A stretch of 64,000 nucleotides of DNA from Auanema rhodensis (GCA_964057225.1 OZ059898.1:10106001-10170000), one strand, 5' to 3'. Positions 24,391 through 34,876 are shown, counted from the first letter of the stretch. Program-made: numbers and translations. Notes: generated by a model from the letters alone, not told the origin.

Positions 24391-27300
24391 GTGGATAAGC
24401 GATTCCGATCAGCTGTACCTCTCAGTACACGAACTGATTTTGATCTGCGAGACTCAGCTCCACTCACCAGAAGCCGAGCTCGCGCACAGAGCATCGCTAT
24501 AATCGAAGACGAGCAGAAAGCCGAGCACAAAACCGACAAATTCTTTACTCCTCGTGCAGGCACTTATTCACCTACTGAACGATTAAGCGACGAGGATTAC
24601 GTACCACCAGGAGGAGAAGAAACATCCATCATAGTGGAAGAACAAACACCAGTTACTGCTAAAAAGGTACGCTCCTCTAATTCAAATAAAAATAAGAAAA
24701 ATAAAAATAAAAACTCAAGCAAATCGGACGCATCTCTCTCTCTGTCCATCCCTGAACCAACAGTTTCACCTTCAGTAGCCACTACTAGTGCAGGCGGTTT
24801 ACAAACTTTTAAAAACATAGTTTCTGATCTCTTCAATCGTTCACCAAAAGATCGAAACTTGAACACCAGCCACACGAATAGATACTCGTCGGTTCCAAAC
24901 ATTAATTTATCTCCCATACAACCACCCGAACATACACATCTTGCTATTACTGATAACCAAACTTCAACCCCAATTTTACCAAATACAACAACAGGAAGTT
25001 CAAAAGCACCAAACCAACCCAGCCGCTCAGTACACACAACCCCTGTGTCTGAGAACTCATTAACAACAGGCAGAGTGATAAAAATGGCATCTGCCCGTAC
25101 AAGTAATATGGCAACTGAACCTTCTTTACCTGGGGCAGGGAAAACTACCATAGCGCAAGCCTTGTTATCACCCTACTGCCCAACTTATGATGGCAGTCGC
25201 AACTTTCGAGATTTCACGGCTAAATTCAACCTATTTGCCAACGCTGTAGGTCTGGTAATCCCGGAGAGATTAGCCCTTCTACCTTTGCTTCTTAAAAACG
25301 AAGCAGCGGAAGAAGCGTACAGGCAAGTACCTGAACAATTAAAAACCACCGGTTCATGGAATGACCTGTTAAGAGCTTTAACATCTAAGCTGTGTCCTGA
25401 ATATAATCAGGACCCCGCGCTGATCAATCTCCAAAATACAACCCAAGGGGATCTGACAATTGACGCTTACGCTCAATCACTGAGAACGATTGCACTAAGC
25501 GCTTTTGCCACGGATGACCCTCACAAAGATCACATATTAAGATCAACTTTCCTCAGAGGACTGAAAAATACTCTGAAACCAGCTGTGATTCGAGCGAAGC
25601 CAAAATCCTTCACGGATGCGATTGAGGCTGCTCGCTGGGAAGAATCAATAATGAACCAGACAACAGACACGCAGTCCATGCTAGTCAATGCTGTAAACAA
25701 AGCACTAGCTCCTTTCGCGCGCACAAACGAGAGACGAGATAACCGAAATTTCGATCGTAATTATCCACGTGATAACCAAAACAATAAAAATTATCATAAT
25801 TATCAAAATTATCAGAAAAATAAAAACTTTTCAAAATATAATAACAACCAAAATCGTAACGGCTCTTTTGCTACTTATCGCCGTAACAATAATTATGAAC
25901 GAAATTCGGGACGATTTAATAACAACTGGCATTCAAACAATTTTAATCCTTCAAACAATAATAGAAGAGGAAGGACTAATGAACATAACGGACAAAGAAG
26001 AGTCCATTTTAACAATCGAAGAGATCAATCAAGAGGACGAGATAGAAGCACACCACGAGTGCTACGTATTAACTCTGTGACCCTTTCACCGTTATCACTA
26101 ACGGTTGTAATGGCAATCACAGTAGCAATTCTCCTGCCATGTGTAACTTCATATCAAATTTGCACAAAAGCAACTGGAGGAGCCTTATTAGTTCCACCAG
26201 TAGTAAAGAAATGTAAATTAACAGAAACAAATCATGTGCTACGTACACAAATCCATCTATACACGCGAAACCACACGGCACACGAGTGGGACGCGTGGCG
26301 CTGCTCGAAGGAAGTACACAAGCTGTGTGTACGCGATTTGTTATTCCTCCGCGACACAAACAGAACAATCGATAGGGTGCAGCCTATAGCGGCGCACGAG
26401 TGCAGGCAGGCGATTCGCGATCGCAAATGGAATAACATGGAGCTGGAGAGAATCGATAGTATAGCACAAGCAACCCCAGAGCCCTCCTATGATCCGGCGC
26501 GCGCGTTTAGCCGCGACGAGTGCGAGGAGCGGCCGCGTTTAGTACTAGAGCGCGGAGTCATGACCCGCATGCCCGATGATACAATATTATCCAATTTAAT
26601 ACTAAACACTGAAGGTTGTAGTGCTCATCATGGTAATTGCAAATCAAATACATCAATAATTATATGGGATCCCCAAACATCGGATTCCCGTTGTAATTAT
26701 ATCGATATGCATTACTACGATGCTATAATAAGCAAAGAAACTATTTTGATTCCAAGTACACAATCAGCGCTTATCCTTTCGAGTAAAATAACACCAAAAC
26801 CAATTGCATCTTGCTTTAGACAACCAGCATTCCATACAACATCAGGAAATTATATAACGTTCCCCAAATATCCTAATGATAACAATATCACACTCCTAAT
26901 TGAACGAGAATTTAAGAAATTGCCGTTCAAAAGACCTAAACGCGCAACTTCTACAAAATGCTCATTCCCATTCGATCAGGATAGAATAAATGAAGTTGAA
27001 GATTTTGAAACGTACACGCTTCGAATTTGCCCATATCCATTTTTAAGACCACTTATGAGTAATCCAGGAATTACACAAATTATTCCTCTAATTAAAGGAA
27101 GACGTATGGTAGACCCTACATATTCCTTGAAAGAATGGATAATAGCCCATCGTGAAAATTTTGAATTTTTCTTTAAAATTCAAATTTATGAGAAATCTTT
27201 AAGACATTTTCTCAAACAATATGATTTCCGTGATAAAGACGAAGCCATTTTACAATATGTTGCTCAAAGAGAATTAGCTTTAGCTACTAAAGCTGGAATA

Positions 27301-28161
27301 TCTTATTTAACATCCAGGCAACTTCTTCAACAAATATCAGATCGGTTGACCGTTATTGAATTTGATCGGTTAATTCGTACAAAAGAAGGCACTTATCGAG
27401 AGCGTGCTGAAACTATTGCTCTTGATTTAGCCAATACACCAGTTATAATTGAAGGCAAATTAACAGTTCCATCAAGACAAGAAATATTAAAAGCATTCGT
27501 AAAAATGCCACCAATAAGGAAACAATTATTAACTGATCAAGAAGAAAGAAACAGCAAATTTATAAAAGATACAATTGACCTTGTACATGAGCTAAAAACT
27601 CTCGTTACGCTTAGAAGAAATAAAACAGCAGCTGATATTGATGACATAAAATTTATAAACCTTCCATCTTCACGAATGTTTGTACTTGATACTGATAAAT
27701 TGTTCTATGACATCAAGAATAATTTTGGAATACCAATTGGACCACATCCCAAGCTTATAGAGCCCAACAACATCTCTAAGGACTTATTATTGGAAATATT
27801 TTTACCACTACTAAACGATAATATTTTACCTAATACATCTAGTAGAATATCATCAGAACAGTTAAAAAGATTAATGACAGAGAAAATCCAACTTAAATCG
27901 TTGCAAACCACGACGCGTGCGCCAAGCAACGCGGCAGGCGGCGCGGCCGAGATGGCAGCCCTCCCTATAATCGATCGTGAGGCGCTGATCACAACAGATC
28001 CCGCAATACTGCCGCAAACATCTACAAGCCCTCGGGCAGCCGCAGCAACTACCGCGCAAATTTACATTTCTTTACTACTGGTGGAACTAATAAGGCTCCT
28101 CCAGTTGCTTTTGTGCAAATTTGATATGAAGTTACACATGGCAGGAGAATTGCTACTGTGA
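24391..28161 (+). CDS. gag: E3 polyprotein 5' part: Gag + internal signal peptide + N-terminal half of the glycoprotein, ending in inversion-derived sequence
   Basis: Gag capsid-like motifs (CPTYDGS...F, Q..LTIDAY, FLRGLK), an N/R-rich NC-like region, hydrophobic LTVVMAITVAILLPCVTS, then a Cys-rich ectodomain from 26152. The track start is GTG; the first ATG is at 25084. Confidence 0.9.
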   Translation: MDKRFRSAVPLSTRTDFDLRDSAPLTRSRARAQSIAIIEDEQKAEHKTDKFFTPRAGTYSPTERLSDEDYVPPGGEETSIIVEEQTPVTAKKVRSSNSNKNKKNKNKNSSKSDASLSLSIPEPTVSPSVATTSAGGLQTFKNIVSDLFNRSPKDRNLNTSHTNRYSSVPNINLSPIQPPEHTHLAITDNQTSTPILPNTTTGSSKAPNQPSRSVHTTPVSENSLTTGRVIKMASARTSNMATEPSLPGAGKTTIAQALLSPYCPTYDGSRNFRDFTAKFNLFANAVGLVIPERLALLPLLLKNEAAEEAYRQVPEQLKTTGSWNDLLRALTSKLCPEYNQDPALINLQNTTQGDLTIDAYAQSLRTIALSAFATDDPHKDHILRSTFLRGLKNTLKPAVIRAKPKSFTDAIEAARWEESIMNQTTDTQSMLVNAVNKALAPFARTNERRDNRNFDRNYPRDNQNNKNYHNYQNYQKNKNFSKYNNNQNRNGSFATYRRNNNYERNSGRFNNNWHSNNFNPSNNNRRGRTNEHNGQRRVHFNNRRDQSRGRDRSTPRVLRINSVTLSPLSLTVVMAITVAILLPCVTSYQICTKATGGALLVPPVVKKCKLTETNHVLRTQIHLYTRNHTAHEWDAWRCSKEVHKLCVRDLLFLRDTNRTIDRVQPIAAHECRQAIRDRKWNNMELERIDSIAQATPEPSYDPARAFSRDECEERPRLVLERGVMTRMPDDTILSNLILNTEGCSAHHGNCKSNTSIIIWDPQTSDSRCNYIDMHYYDAIISKETILIPSTQSALILSSKITPKPIASCFRQPAFHTTSGNYITFPKYPNDNNITLLIEREFKKLPFKRPKRATSTKCSFPFDQDRINEVEDFETYTLRICPYPFLRPLMSNPGITQIIPLIKGRRMVDPTYSLKEWIIAHRENFEFFFKIQIYEKSLRHFLKQYDFRDKDEAILQYVAQRELALATKAGISYLTSRQLLQQISDRLTVIEFDRLIRTKEGTYRERAETIALDLANTPVIIEGKLTVPSRQEILKAFVKMPPIRKQLLTDQEERNSKFIKDTIDLVHELKTLVTLRRNKTAADIDDIKFINLPSSRMFVLDTDKLFYDIKNNFGIPIGPHPKLIEPNNISKDLLLEIFLPLLNDNILPNTSSRISSEQLKRLMTEKIQLKSLQTTTRAPSNAAGGAAEMAALPIIDREALITTDPAILPQTSTSPRAAAATTAQIYISLLLVELIRLLQLLLCKFDMKLHMAGELLL

Positions 28162-28294
28162 TTGCCATTACAACCGTTAGTGATAACGGTGAAAGGGTCA
28201 CAGAGTTAATACGTAGCACTCGTGGTGTGCTTCTATCTCGTCCTCTTGATTGATCTCTTTGATTGTTAAAATGGACTCTTCTTTGTCCGTTATG
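28059..28294 (-). repeat. 236-bp inverted copy of 25984-26219
   Basis: Reverse-complement match with one difference; track ORF 28049..28369 reproduces the Gag/signal-peptide sequence on the minus strand. Confidence 0.95.
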
Positions 28295-31200
28295 GTAGAC
28301 CCTACATATTCCTTGAAAGAATGGATAATAGCCCATCGTGAAAATTTTGAATTTTTCTTTAAAATTCAAATTTATGAGAAATCTTTAAGACATTTTCTCA
28401 AACAATATGATTTCCGTGATAAAGACAAAGCCATTTTACAATATGTTGCTCAAAGAGAATTAGCTTTAGCTACTAAAGCTGGAATATCTTATTTAACATC
28501 CAGGCAACTTCTTCAACAAATATCAGATCGGTTGACCGTTATTGAATTTGATCGGTTAATTCGTACAAAAGAAGGCACTTATCGAGAGCGTGCTGAAACT
28601 ATTGCTCTTGATTTAGCCAATACACCAGTTATAATTGAAGGCAAATTAACAGTTCCATCAAGACAAGAAATATTAAAAGCATTCGTAAAAATGCCACCAA
28701 TAAGGAAACAATTATTAACTGATCAAGAAGAAAGAAACAGCAAATTTATAAAAGATACAATTGACCTTGTACATGAGCTAAAAACTCTCGTTACGCTTAG
28801 AAGAAATAAAACAGCAGCTGATATTGATGACATAAAATTTATAAACCTTCCATCTTCACGAATGTTTGTACTTGATACTGATAAATTGTTCTATGACATC
28901 AAGAATAATTTTGGAATACCAATTGGACCACATCCCAAGCTTATAGAGCCCAACAACATCTCTAAGGACTTATTATTGGAAATATTTTTACCACTACTAA
29001 ACGATAATATTTTACCTAATACATCTAGTAGAATATCATCAGAACAGTTAAAAAGATTAATGACAGAGAAAATCCAACTTAAATCGTTGCAAACCACGAC
29101 GCGTGCGCCAAGCAACGCGGCAGGCGGCGCGGCCGAGATGGCAGCCCTCCCTATAATCGATCGTGAGGCGCTGATCACAACAGATCCCGCAATACTGCCG
29201 CAAACATCTACAAGCCCTCGGGCAGCCGCAGCAACTACCGCGCGCGCGCCTTCATCGATGGCCCAGCCCGAAACAACGGCGCGCCATACAACCGCAACGA
29301 CAACCGCGCGCGCAACAATATCGACCCGCGCGCCGCCAACTACTATTCTCTACGCTGTTCATCAAGACCAGCAAATTCCAATAATGGAAGAAACAACATA
29401 TACACCAATATCCTTGATTCGTAAACATAGAGCATCATCAACGCCTACAGCCACCGATATAGAGTCTGTACAGGCTAATGCTCAATACATTGCCACAAAA
29501 ATTGACTCCGAACAACAGTTTCGCCAAAACATAACAAGCAGAATTGCACAAGATCATTTGCAATATGCTACAACTATGATTCAAGAAGAACTGCAGAAAC
29601 ATTTTAAAGAGTCATACGAATCAATATGTGAGATCCAAAACAGGTATCTTGAATTATGGAGATCAATTTTACAAATTGAACCAACAATAGCTATGCGTAC
29701 AATACTGGGAAGAGAAGATATAGCCGCAAGATTTGTAGGCAGCGAGATATTACACATACATGTTTGCCCGGTAGTATTACAAAAGACTATATATCACAAT
29801 CACACTGTGAATGACACATGTTATCTCGAAACTCCAGTATTAACACAAGAAGGACAATTACTGTTTGCCGCACCAGGATCGAAAGACCTATTACCTCATG
29901 GTAAAGAAATTAACTGCGATCACGTACCAACAGACGTATGGTCAACAGACGGTGAATGGAAAGGAATTAATGGTACTGTAGACGTCAGTCTTATATCCAT
30001 GTGGGACGGACTTCATCATGAAAAGATCACGCCATTAAAATTCACCGGAGCACACTTATACACCAACTTATCATCTCGAGTGTACTCAATGACAACAGCC
30101 ATTGCTTATGGTGCTAGTTTAGCATCGATTCGTCAAAATCACGTGCTTCACACAATTCATCATGATCCAAAAATATCATCAGCATTCAGCATATTGAAGA
30201 AAAGTAGTGATTACATCTCCAAAGCCAATGAATTCACCAAAAGTACATGGAATTCTTTTGTCGATACAATAGCAGGAACGATTGAACGAACACTCATCAC
30301 TATTGGAGCAATTACAATTATTGTAGTTATACTGATCGTACTAGCCTTTGTTGCGAAAATATATTTCTTCAAACCAATAGGCATGCAAGTCATGCATATC
30401 GAACTCCGAGATCAAACCAACGATCTTCCCACATATGAAGAAACATTAGAGCTAGTAAGTCAACCTGATCAGCCAATACCAAGGAACATAATGAAACAGT
30501 ACTATCCATCGTTTCTCACTTTAGTTCCACTAGCTATGCCCATAGTTTGTTCAGTTTCCAATCGCAAAGACCAAACTCTACCACTGCTATTGATGACTGT
30601 TAACGATAGACTAATCCTAACTCTTTGGGATTCAGGATCATCGATTAGTTATATCAGACTCTCGACATTACATTACTTAACTTTGAATGATTTTGTAAAA
30701 AAGGATAAATCAGTTGCAACGACAGCAAACGGATCAGCATTTCGATTTCTGGGAACAATTGATTTAACCGTAGAAATCGCTGGATATGAAATAGATCATA
30801 CATTCTTCATTTCAAGAGATGAAGACTGTCCATCACCAGCATTAATTGGATTAGATTTTATGAAAACACTCGACCGTCAAAATATCGGGATGAAACTTCG
30901 ACCATTCAAACAAACGTTAGAAATCGGAAACCGCGTAGTACCGTTAGCCAATGGAAATAACGGGAATATTAGAAAAACATCATTTGTCATTAATTTGATA
31001 AACTTAAATCCACAATGTATCTTTCCTCATCAGACCTGTAGAATACCAGTAAGGTTAGCTGAACCCATATCACACAACGAAGTCGCCATGCTACAACCCG
31101 ATGAAGAAAAGACGATATCTACCACCTACGAAACAGCATTTCGAGACGTCAATTCAATTACCATGACATTCAAAAACAACACTGATCATCCTATAGATCT

Positions 31201-34200
31201 ATCACCCGGAAACATTATTGACAAAGCAAAAATAGGCGTACTGCCACAATACGAGATCTTTACGACCGAACACAATCCAGACTATATACCACCTGAAGCG
31301 GATTGGGAAAATAAATTACCTCATTTTCCTCAGGACTTTATGAACGATCTTGATTTAAAAGACGCCGACCTAACTAAAGAACAAAAAGATCTTCTTCAGC
31401 TTTGTATTCTACGTAATAGAGACGCATTTTTAAATGAGGATAAACGAATAGGACTATTTAAAGGACCTGTAGAGCATTCAATACCTCTAAGAACAGATAT
31501 GGACATGCCTAGACCGCGTATAACGCGTATCCCTATAGGCAAACAAGAAGAAGTCGAAAGACAGGTACAGGAGATGCTGAAGCAAAATATAATTGAACCA
31601 TCCACATCTCTTTTCAATAGTCCTGTAGTTTTAGTCAAAAAGAAAGATGAAACATTCCGTTTCGTAACCGATTTCCGTGCTCTAAATAACGTCACTCGCA
31701 AGCAAACGTACATCATACCTAACATCTCTGACATTGTCGATATGGCAGCCGGATCACAATATTTTTCTAACTTTGATTTAGTATCCGGATTCTTCCAAAT
31801 AGCATTAAAGAAATCAGATCGACCATTAACAGCATTTACAACAAACACCGGTACTTATCAATATAGAAGGATGCCTATGGGGTTATGTGGAGCGCCACAT
31901 ACCTTTCAAACAGCAGTACGATACCTTCAAAGCCGATGTAAATGCCGACTCTTTGTTTATTTGGATGATCTACTCGTTATATCAGACACTGCAGAACAAC
32001 ATCTTGACGATATAGCTGAGATTCTCAGAGAAGTAAAGAAATTAGGCATGAAAATAAAACTCAAGAAATGCGCTTTTGCAAGACCTGAAGTAAAATTTCT
32101 TGGTTTAATTGTCGGAAGAGATGGGGTCAAACCAGATCCACAGAAAGTATCCGCCATTCAAGACTATCCTGCTCCAAAGTCACCTACAGGAGTAAGAGCA
32201 TTTTTGGGAATGGTAGGATTCTTTCGGAAATTTATTAAGGATTTTGCACACATCGCAAGCCCTTTATACGACCTTACAAAACTTGATGTGGAATTTCAAT
32301 GGAATGACAGAAGTCAACAAGCTGTTGATACACTAAAAAGAAAATTGATCCAAGCACCGGTCTTAAAACCACCAAGATCAGACCGTATGTTCATTATAGA
32401 AAGTGACGGTAGTAATATCGCAGTGGGAGCAGTGTTATTACAACCTGAAGATCCCAATGAACCACTCAAAAACTTACATCCAATTGCATTTGCAAGCCGT
32501 AAACTTGTAAAAGCAGAACGTAACTATGCTCCTATTGAAATAGAAGCGTTAGGACTTGTATACGCTTTAGCTCAGTTTCGAACATATATACTTGGATCAC
32601 ATACAATCTGTATCACAGACCATCGACCATTAACAAGCTTATTGACTCGTAGAGACCTTTTTGGAAGACTAGCAAAATTTCAATTAGTCATACAGGAATA
32701 CGATATCGAGATAAGATACCGAGAAGGCAGACTAAACAAAGTCTGTGATGCTCTCTCACGATACATTGGAGATGAAGCAAACGATCCTAAACCGGAAAAG
32801 AAAAAGAAAACAAAAGAAATTCCGAAAGCTCAAATTAATTTCGTTAATGTACCTGACATTAGAGCAATTCAAGAGGATACACCTTGGATAAAGAGAACTA
32901 TCGCCGAAATAGAATACAGAGCGAAAAAGAACATGCTTTCTAATGATCGTTATTGTGTTATTGACAACATGTTATACACAAAACCAAGCAGAAAACGACC
33001 ACACCCAGCTTTGATTTTACCAAGGGAAAGCGAACTTATCAACAAGGTTATCGAAGAATTTCACGAAGACCCAGCAATTGGAGCACATCAAGGAATTAAC
33101 AAAACTAAAGAAGCCATACTACGAAGATTCTGCTGGACAAATATGCAAACGGACATAGCAATTTTTGTGAAACAATGCGTTAAATGCGCACAAAGGAAGA
33201 AAGATCCTCACGCTATGACCGTTCAGCCTATGGGTCAATTTGAAATACCATCAAAACCATTTGAGAGAATACATATGGATATTATGGGACCATTCCCTAC
33301 TTCAAAAAGAAACAACAATTATGTCCTAACAATTCAAGATTCATTCTCCAAATGGGCGACAACCATCGCTATACCAACAATTGTCACCGATGTCATCATT
33401 GATAGATTCCTCAGGAATTTCGTATATATTTTTGGACCACCAAATCGTTTAATAACCGATCGTGGATCTAATTTTGTATCAAAGAAATTTGAAGAAATGT
33501 GTGAAAAACTTGGCATTAAACACGAGCCAACACTCCCTCATCAGAAAAACTCTAATGGACAAGTCGAAAGACTACACAGAACGCTAGAAGAAGGATTAAC
33601 ACACTATCTCAACGAAGACGTAACTGATTGGGACATGTATTTACCAAAAATTACTTTTGCGTTAAATACAATAACACACGCAACCACAGGAATCTCTCCA
33701 TACATAGCATTATTCGGAAAAGAAAGTCGTATGAGATTAGACAAAGAATTATTCCCCGAGACATTACAACCAGAGATCTTGGAAGAAATTGAGAATACCG
33801 AATATATCAGAGGAGAAAGAAGAACCATAATTCAAGAAAATCTTGCAAAACATCAAGAAACCGCGAAGAGAAAACATGATGGACGACAACGAATAGAAGA
33901 AAGAGATATCCGAAAAGGAGACCAAGTTATGTTAGCAATTAAAGCGCATAAACCAGGTCAAAAGCTTCGCAAATCATATGATGGACCATTTGAAGTCATC
34001 AACGTTGAAGGAAACATGGTACAACTCAAGAATCCATTTGGAAAAATTCAAGACGTACACAAAGACAATCTCAAACTTTTTGAACGCAAAATGGACCATA
34101 CAATCGCTCAAAACACGCGATCAAATACAACGACTTATGACACGGACGACGACAGCGATATTGAGATCATAAAAGTCATAAATGGTAACGATAACTATGA

Positions 34201-34270
34201 CTCTACTGAAGAAACAGAACCAGAAGACCCATCGGACCAAAATTGGCTACCACCAAGAAGAAGACGATGA
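28250..34270 (+). CDS. pol: E3 polyprotein 3' part: C-terminal half of the glycoprotein, TM, protease, RT, RNase H, integrase
   Basis: TM ~30290-30369; PR LWDSGS (~30629); RT SPVVLVKKKD, FDLVSGFFQI, MPMGL, YLDD (31958-31969); RH ESDGS, TDHRPL; IN HHCC, HMDIMGP, TDRGSNF, GQVERLH, YDGPF. Confidence 0.96.
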   Translation: MISLIVKMDSSLSVMVDPTYSLKEWIIAHRENFEFFFKIQIYEKSLRHFLKQYDFRDKDKAILQYVAQRELALATKAGISYLTSRQLLQQISDRLTVIEFDRLIRTKEGTYRERAETIALDLANTPVIIEGKLTVPSRQEILKAFVKMPPIRKQLLTDQEERNSKFIKDTIDLVHELKTLVTLRRNKTAADIDDIKFINLPSSRMFVLDTDKLFYDIKNNFGIPIGPHPKLIEPNNISKDLLLEIFLPLLNDNILPNTSSRISSEQLKRLMTEKIQLKSLQTTTRAPSNAAGGAAEMAALPIIDREALITTDPAILPQTSTSPRAAAATTARAPSSMAQPETTARHTTATTTARATISTRAPPTTILYAVHQDQQIPIMEETTYTPISLIRKHRASSTPTATDIESVQANAQYIATKIDSEQQFRQNITSRIAQDHLQYATTMIQEELQKHFKESYESICEIQNRYLELWRSILQIEPTIAMRTILGREDIAARFVGSEILHIHVCPVVLQKTIYHNHTVNDTCYLETPVLTQEGQLLFAAPGSKDLLPHGKEINCDHVPTDVWSTDGEWKGINGTVDVSLISMWDGLHHEKITPLKFTGAHLYTNLSSRVYSMTTAIAYGASLASIRQNHVLHTIHHDPKISSAFSILKKSSDYISKANEFTKSTWNSFVDTIAGTIERTLITIGAITIIVVILIVLAFVAKIYFFKPIGMQVMHIELRDQTNDLPTYEETLELVSQPDQPIPRNIMKQYYPSFLTLVPLAMPIVCSVSNRKDQTLPLLLMTVNDRLILTLWDSGSSISYIRLSTLHYLTLNDFVKKDKSVATTANGSAFRFLGTIDLTVEIAGYEIDHTFFISRDEDCPSPALIGLDFMKTLDRQNIGMKLRPFKQTLEIGNRVVPLANGNNGNIRKTSFVINLINLNPQCIFPHQTCRIPVRLAEPISHNEVAMLQPDEEKTISTTYETAFRDVNSITMTFKNNTDHPIDLSPGNIIDKAKIGVLPQYEIFTTEHNPDYIPPEADWENKLPHFPQDFMNDLDLKDADLTKEQKDLLQLCILRNRDAFLNEDKRIGLFKGPVEHSIPLRTDMDMPRPRITRIPIGKQEEVERQVQEMLKQNIIEPSTSLFNSPVVLVKKKDETFRFVTDFRALNNVTRKQTYIIPNISDIVDMAAGSQYFSNFDLVSGFFQIALKKSDRPLTAFTTNTGTYQYRRMPMGLCGAPHTFQTAVRYLQSRCKCRLFVYLDDLLVISDTAEQHLDDIAEILREVKKLGMKIKLKKCAFARPEVKFLGLIVGRDGVKPDPQKVSAIQDYPAPKSPTGVRAFLGMVGFFRKFIKDFAHIASPLYDLTKLDVEFQWNDRSQQAVDTLKRKLIQAPVLKPPRSDRMFIIESDGSNIAVGAVLLQPEDPNEPLKNLHPIAFASRKLVKAERNYAPIEIEALGLVYALAQFRTYILGSHTICITDHRPLTSLLTRRDLFGRLAKFQLVIQEYDIEIRYREGRLNKVCDALSRYIGDEANDPKPEKKKKTKEIPKAQINFVNVPDIRAIQEDTPWIKRTIAEIEYRAKKNMLSNDRYCVIDNMLYTKPSRKRPHPALILPRESELINKVIEEFHEDPAIGAHQGINKTKEAILRRFCWTNMQTDIAIFVKQCVKCAQRKKDPHAMTVQPMGQFEIPSKPFERIHMDIMGPFPTSKRNNNYVLTIQDSFSKWATTIAIPTIVTDVIIDRFLRNFVYIFGPPNRLITDRGSNFVSKKFEEMCEKLGIKHEPTLPHQKNSNGQVERLHRTLEEGLTHYLNEDVTDWDMYLPKITFALNTITHATTGISPYIALFGKESRMRLDKELFPETLQPEILEEIENTEYIRGERRTIIQENLAKHQETAKRKHDGRQRIEERDIRKGDQVMLAIKAHKPGQKLRKSYDGPFEVINVEGNMVQLKNPFGKIQDVHKDNLKLFERKMDHTIAQNTRSNTTTYDTDDDSDIEIIKVINGNDNYDSTEETEPEDPSDQNWLPPRRRR
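28291..29243 (+). repeat. 953-bp direct duplication of 27105-28057
   Basis: Offset 1186, one difference seen; TATG microhomology at the junction. Confidence 0.95.
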
Positions 34271-34876
34271 AAGAAATAATTTCGAGATTGATAAAATTAT
34301 TGTAAAACTTTGTATCAACTCTCTTTTAAAAAACCAGAGCTATTAATATTATATCAATTTCAAATAATTTCCCGTAAATAAAGAAGAAATGAAAGATAAG
34401 AGACATTATATTGCATATTCATCTGAGCAACAGTCCTTATCAAGTAGTTAATGATTCAATTCCGGAAATTATATGAGATTTATTTTTATTTTGTTATTAT
34501 TACAATTCGCTTTGAATACGCTGAGGAAACATGCTAGCTCCATCGATAATATAGCATGACTCTCGTTTCTCTATACTCAAACAAGTTAGACATGCAGCGT
34601 CGTGCCTAAAAAGCTATTTTGCGCACTCTCGCTGACAAAATATAGCCCTGGTATTCTAAAAAATTGTTTTATTCCTTAATATTCATGTATTTTCAAATAA
34701 TTTTTATTAAATTCTTTTCAGATAATATTGTTTAACATTATATTGTAATTTATCTTTACTATTTTTATGTTAACATTGTAATTTTTATTTTTTAAAACTA
34801 AACCTTCTGCTACGATTGAAACAAGCCACATATTTTGCTATTCGCGAGGACGCGACATAAACTCGAAAAAATGGCA

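Noticed and set aside
28161-28294. Two-ORF (gag-env / env-pol) organisation or programmed frameshift in E3
   Set aside because: The break is fully explained by the inversion and duplication; removing 28058-29243 restores one frame matching single-ORF E4.
28059-28430. CpG-methylation signature (both differences in the E3 duplicated segments are CG to CA)
   Set aside because: Only two events, too few to infer methylation.
30990-31240. dUTPase between PR and RT
   Set aside because: A beta-rich spacer is present in E3 and E4, but I see no dUTPase catalytic motifs; such spacers are common in Gypsy pol.
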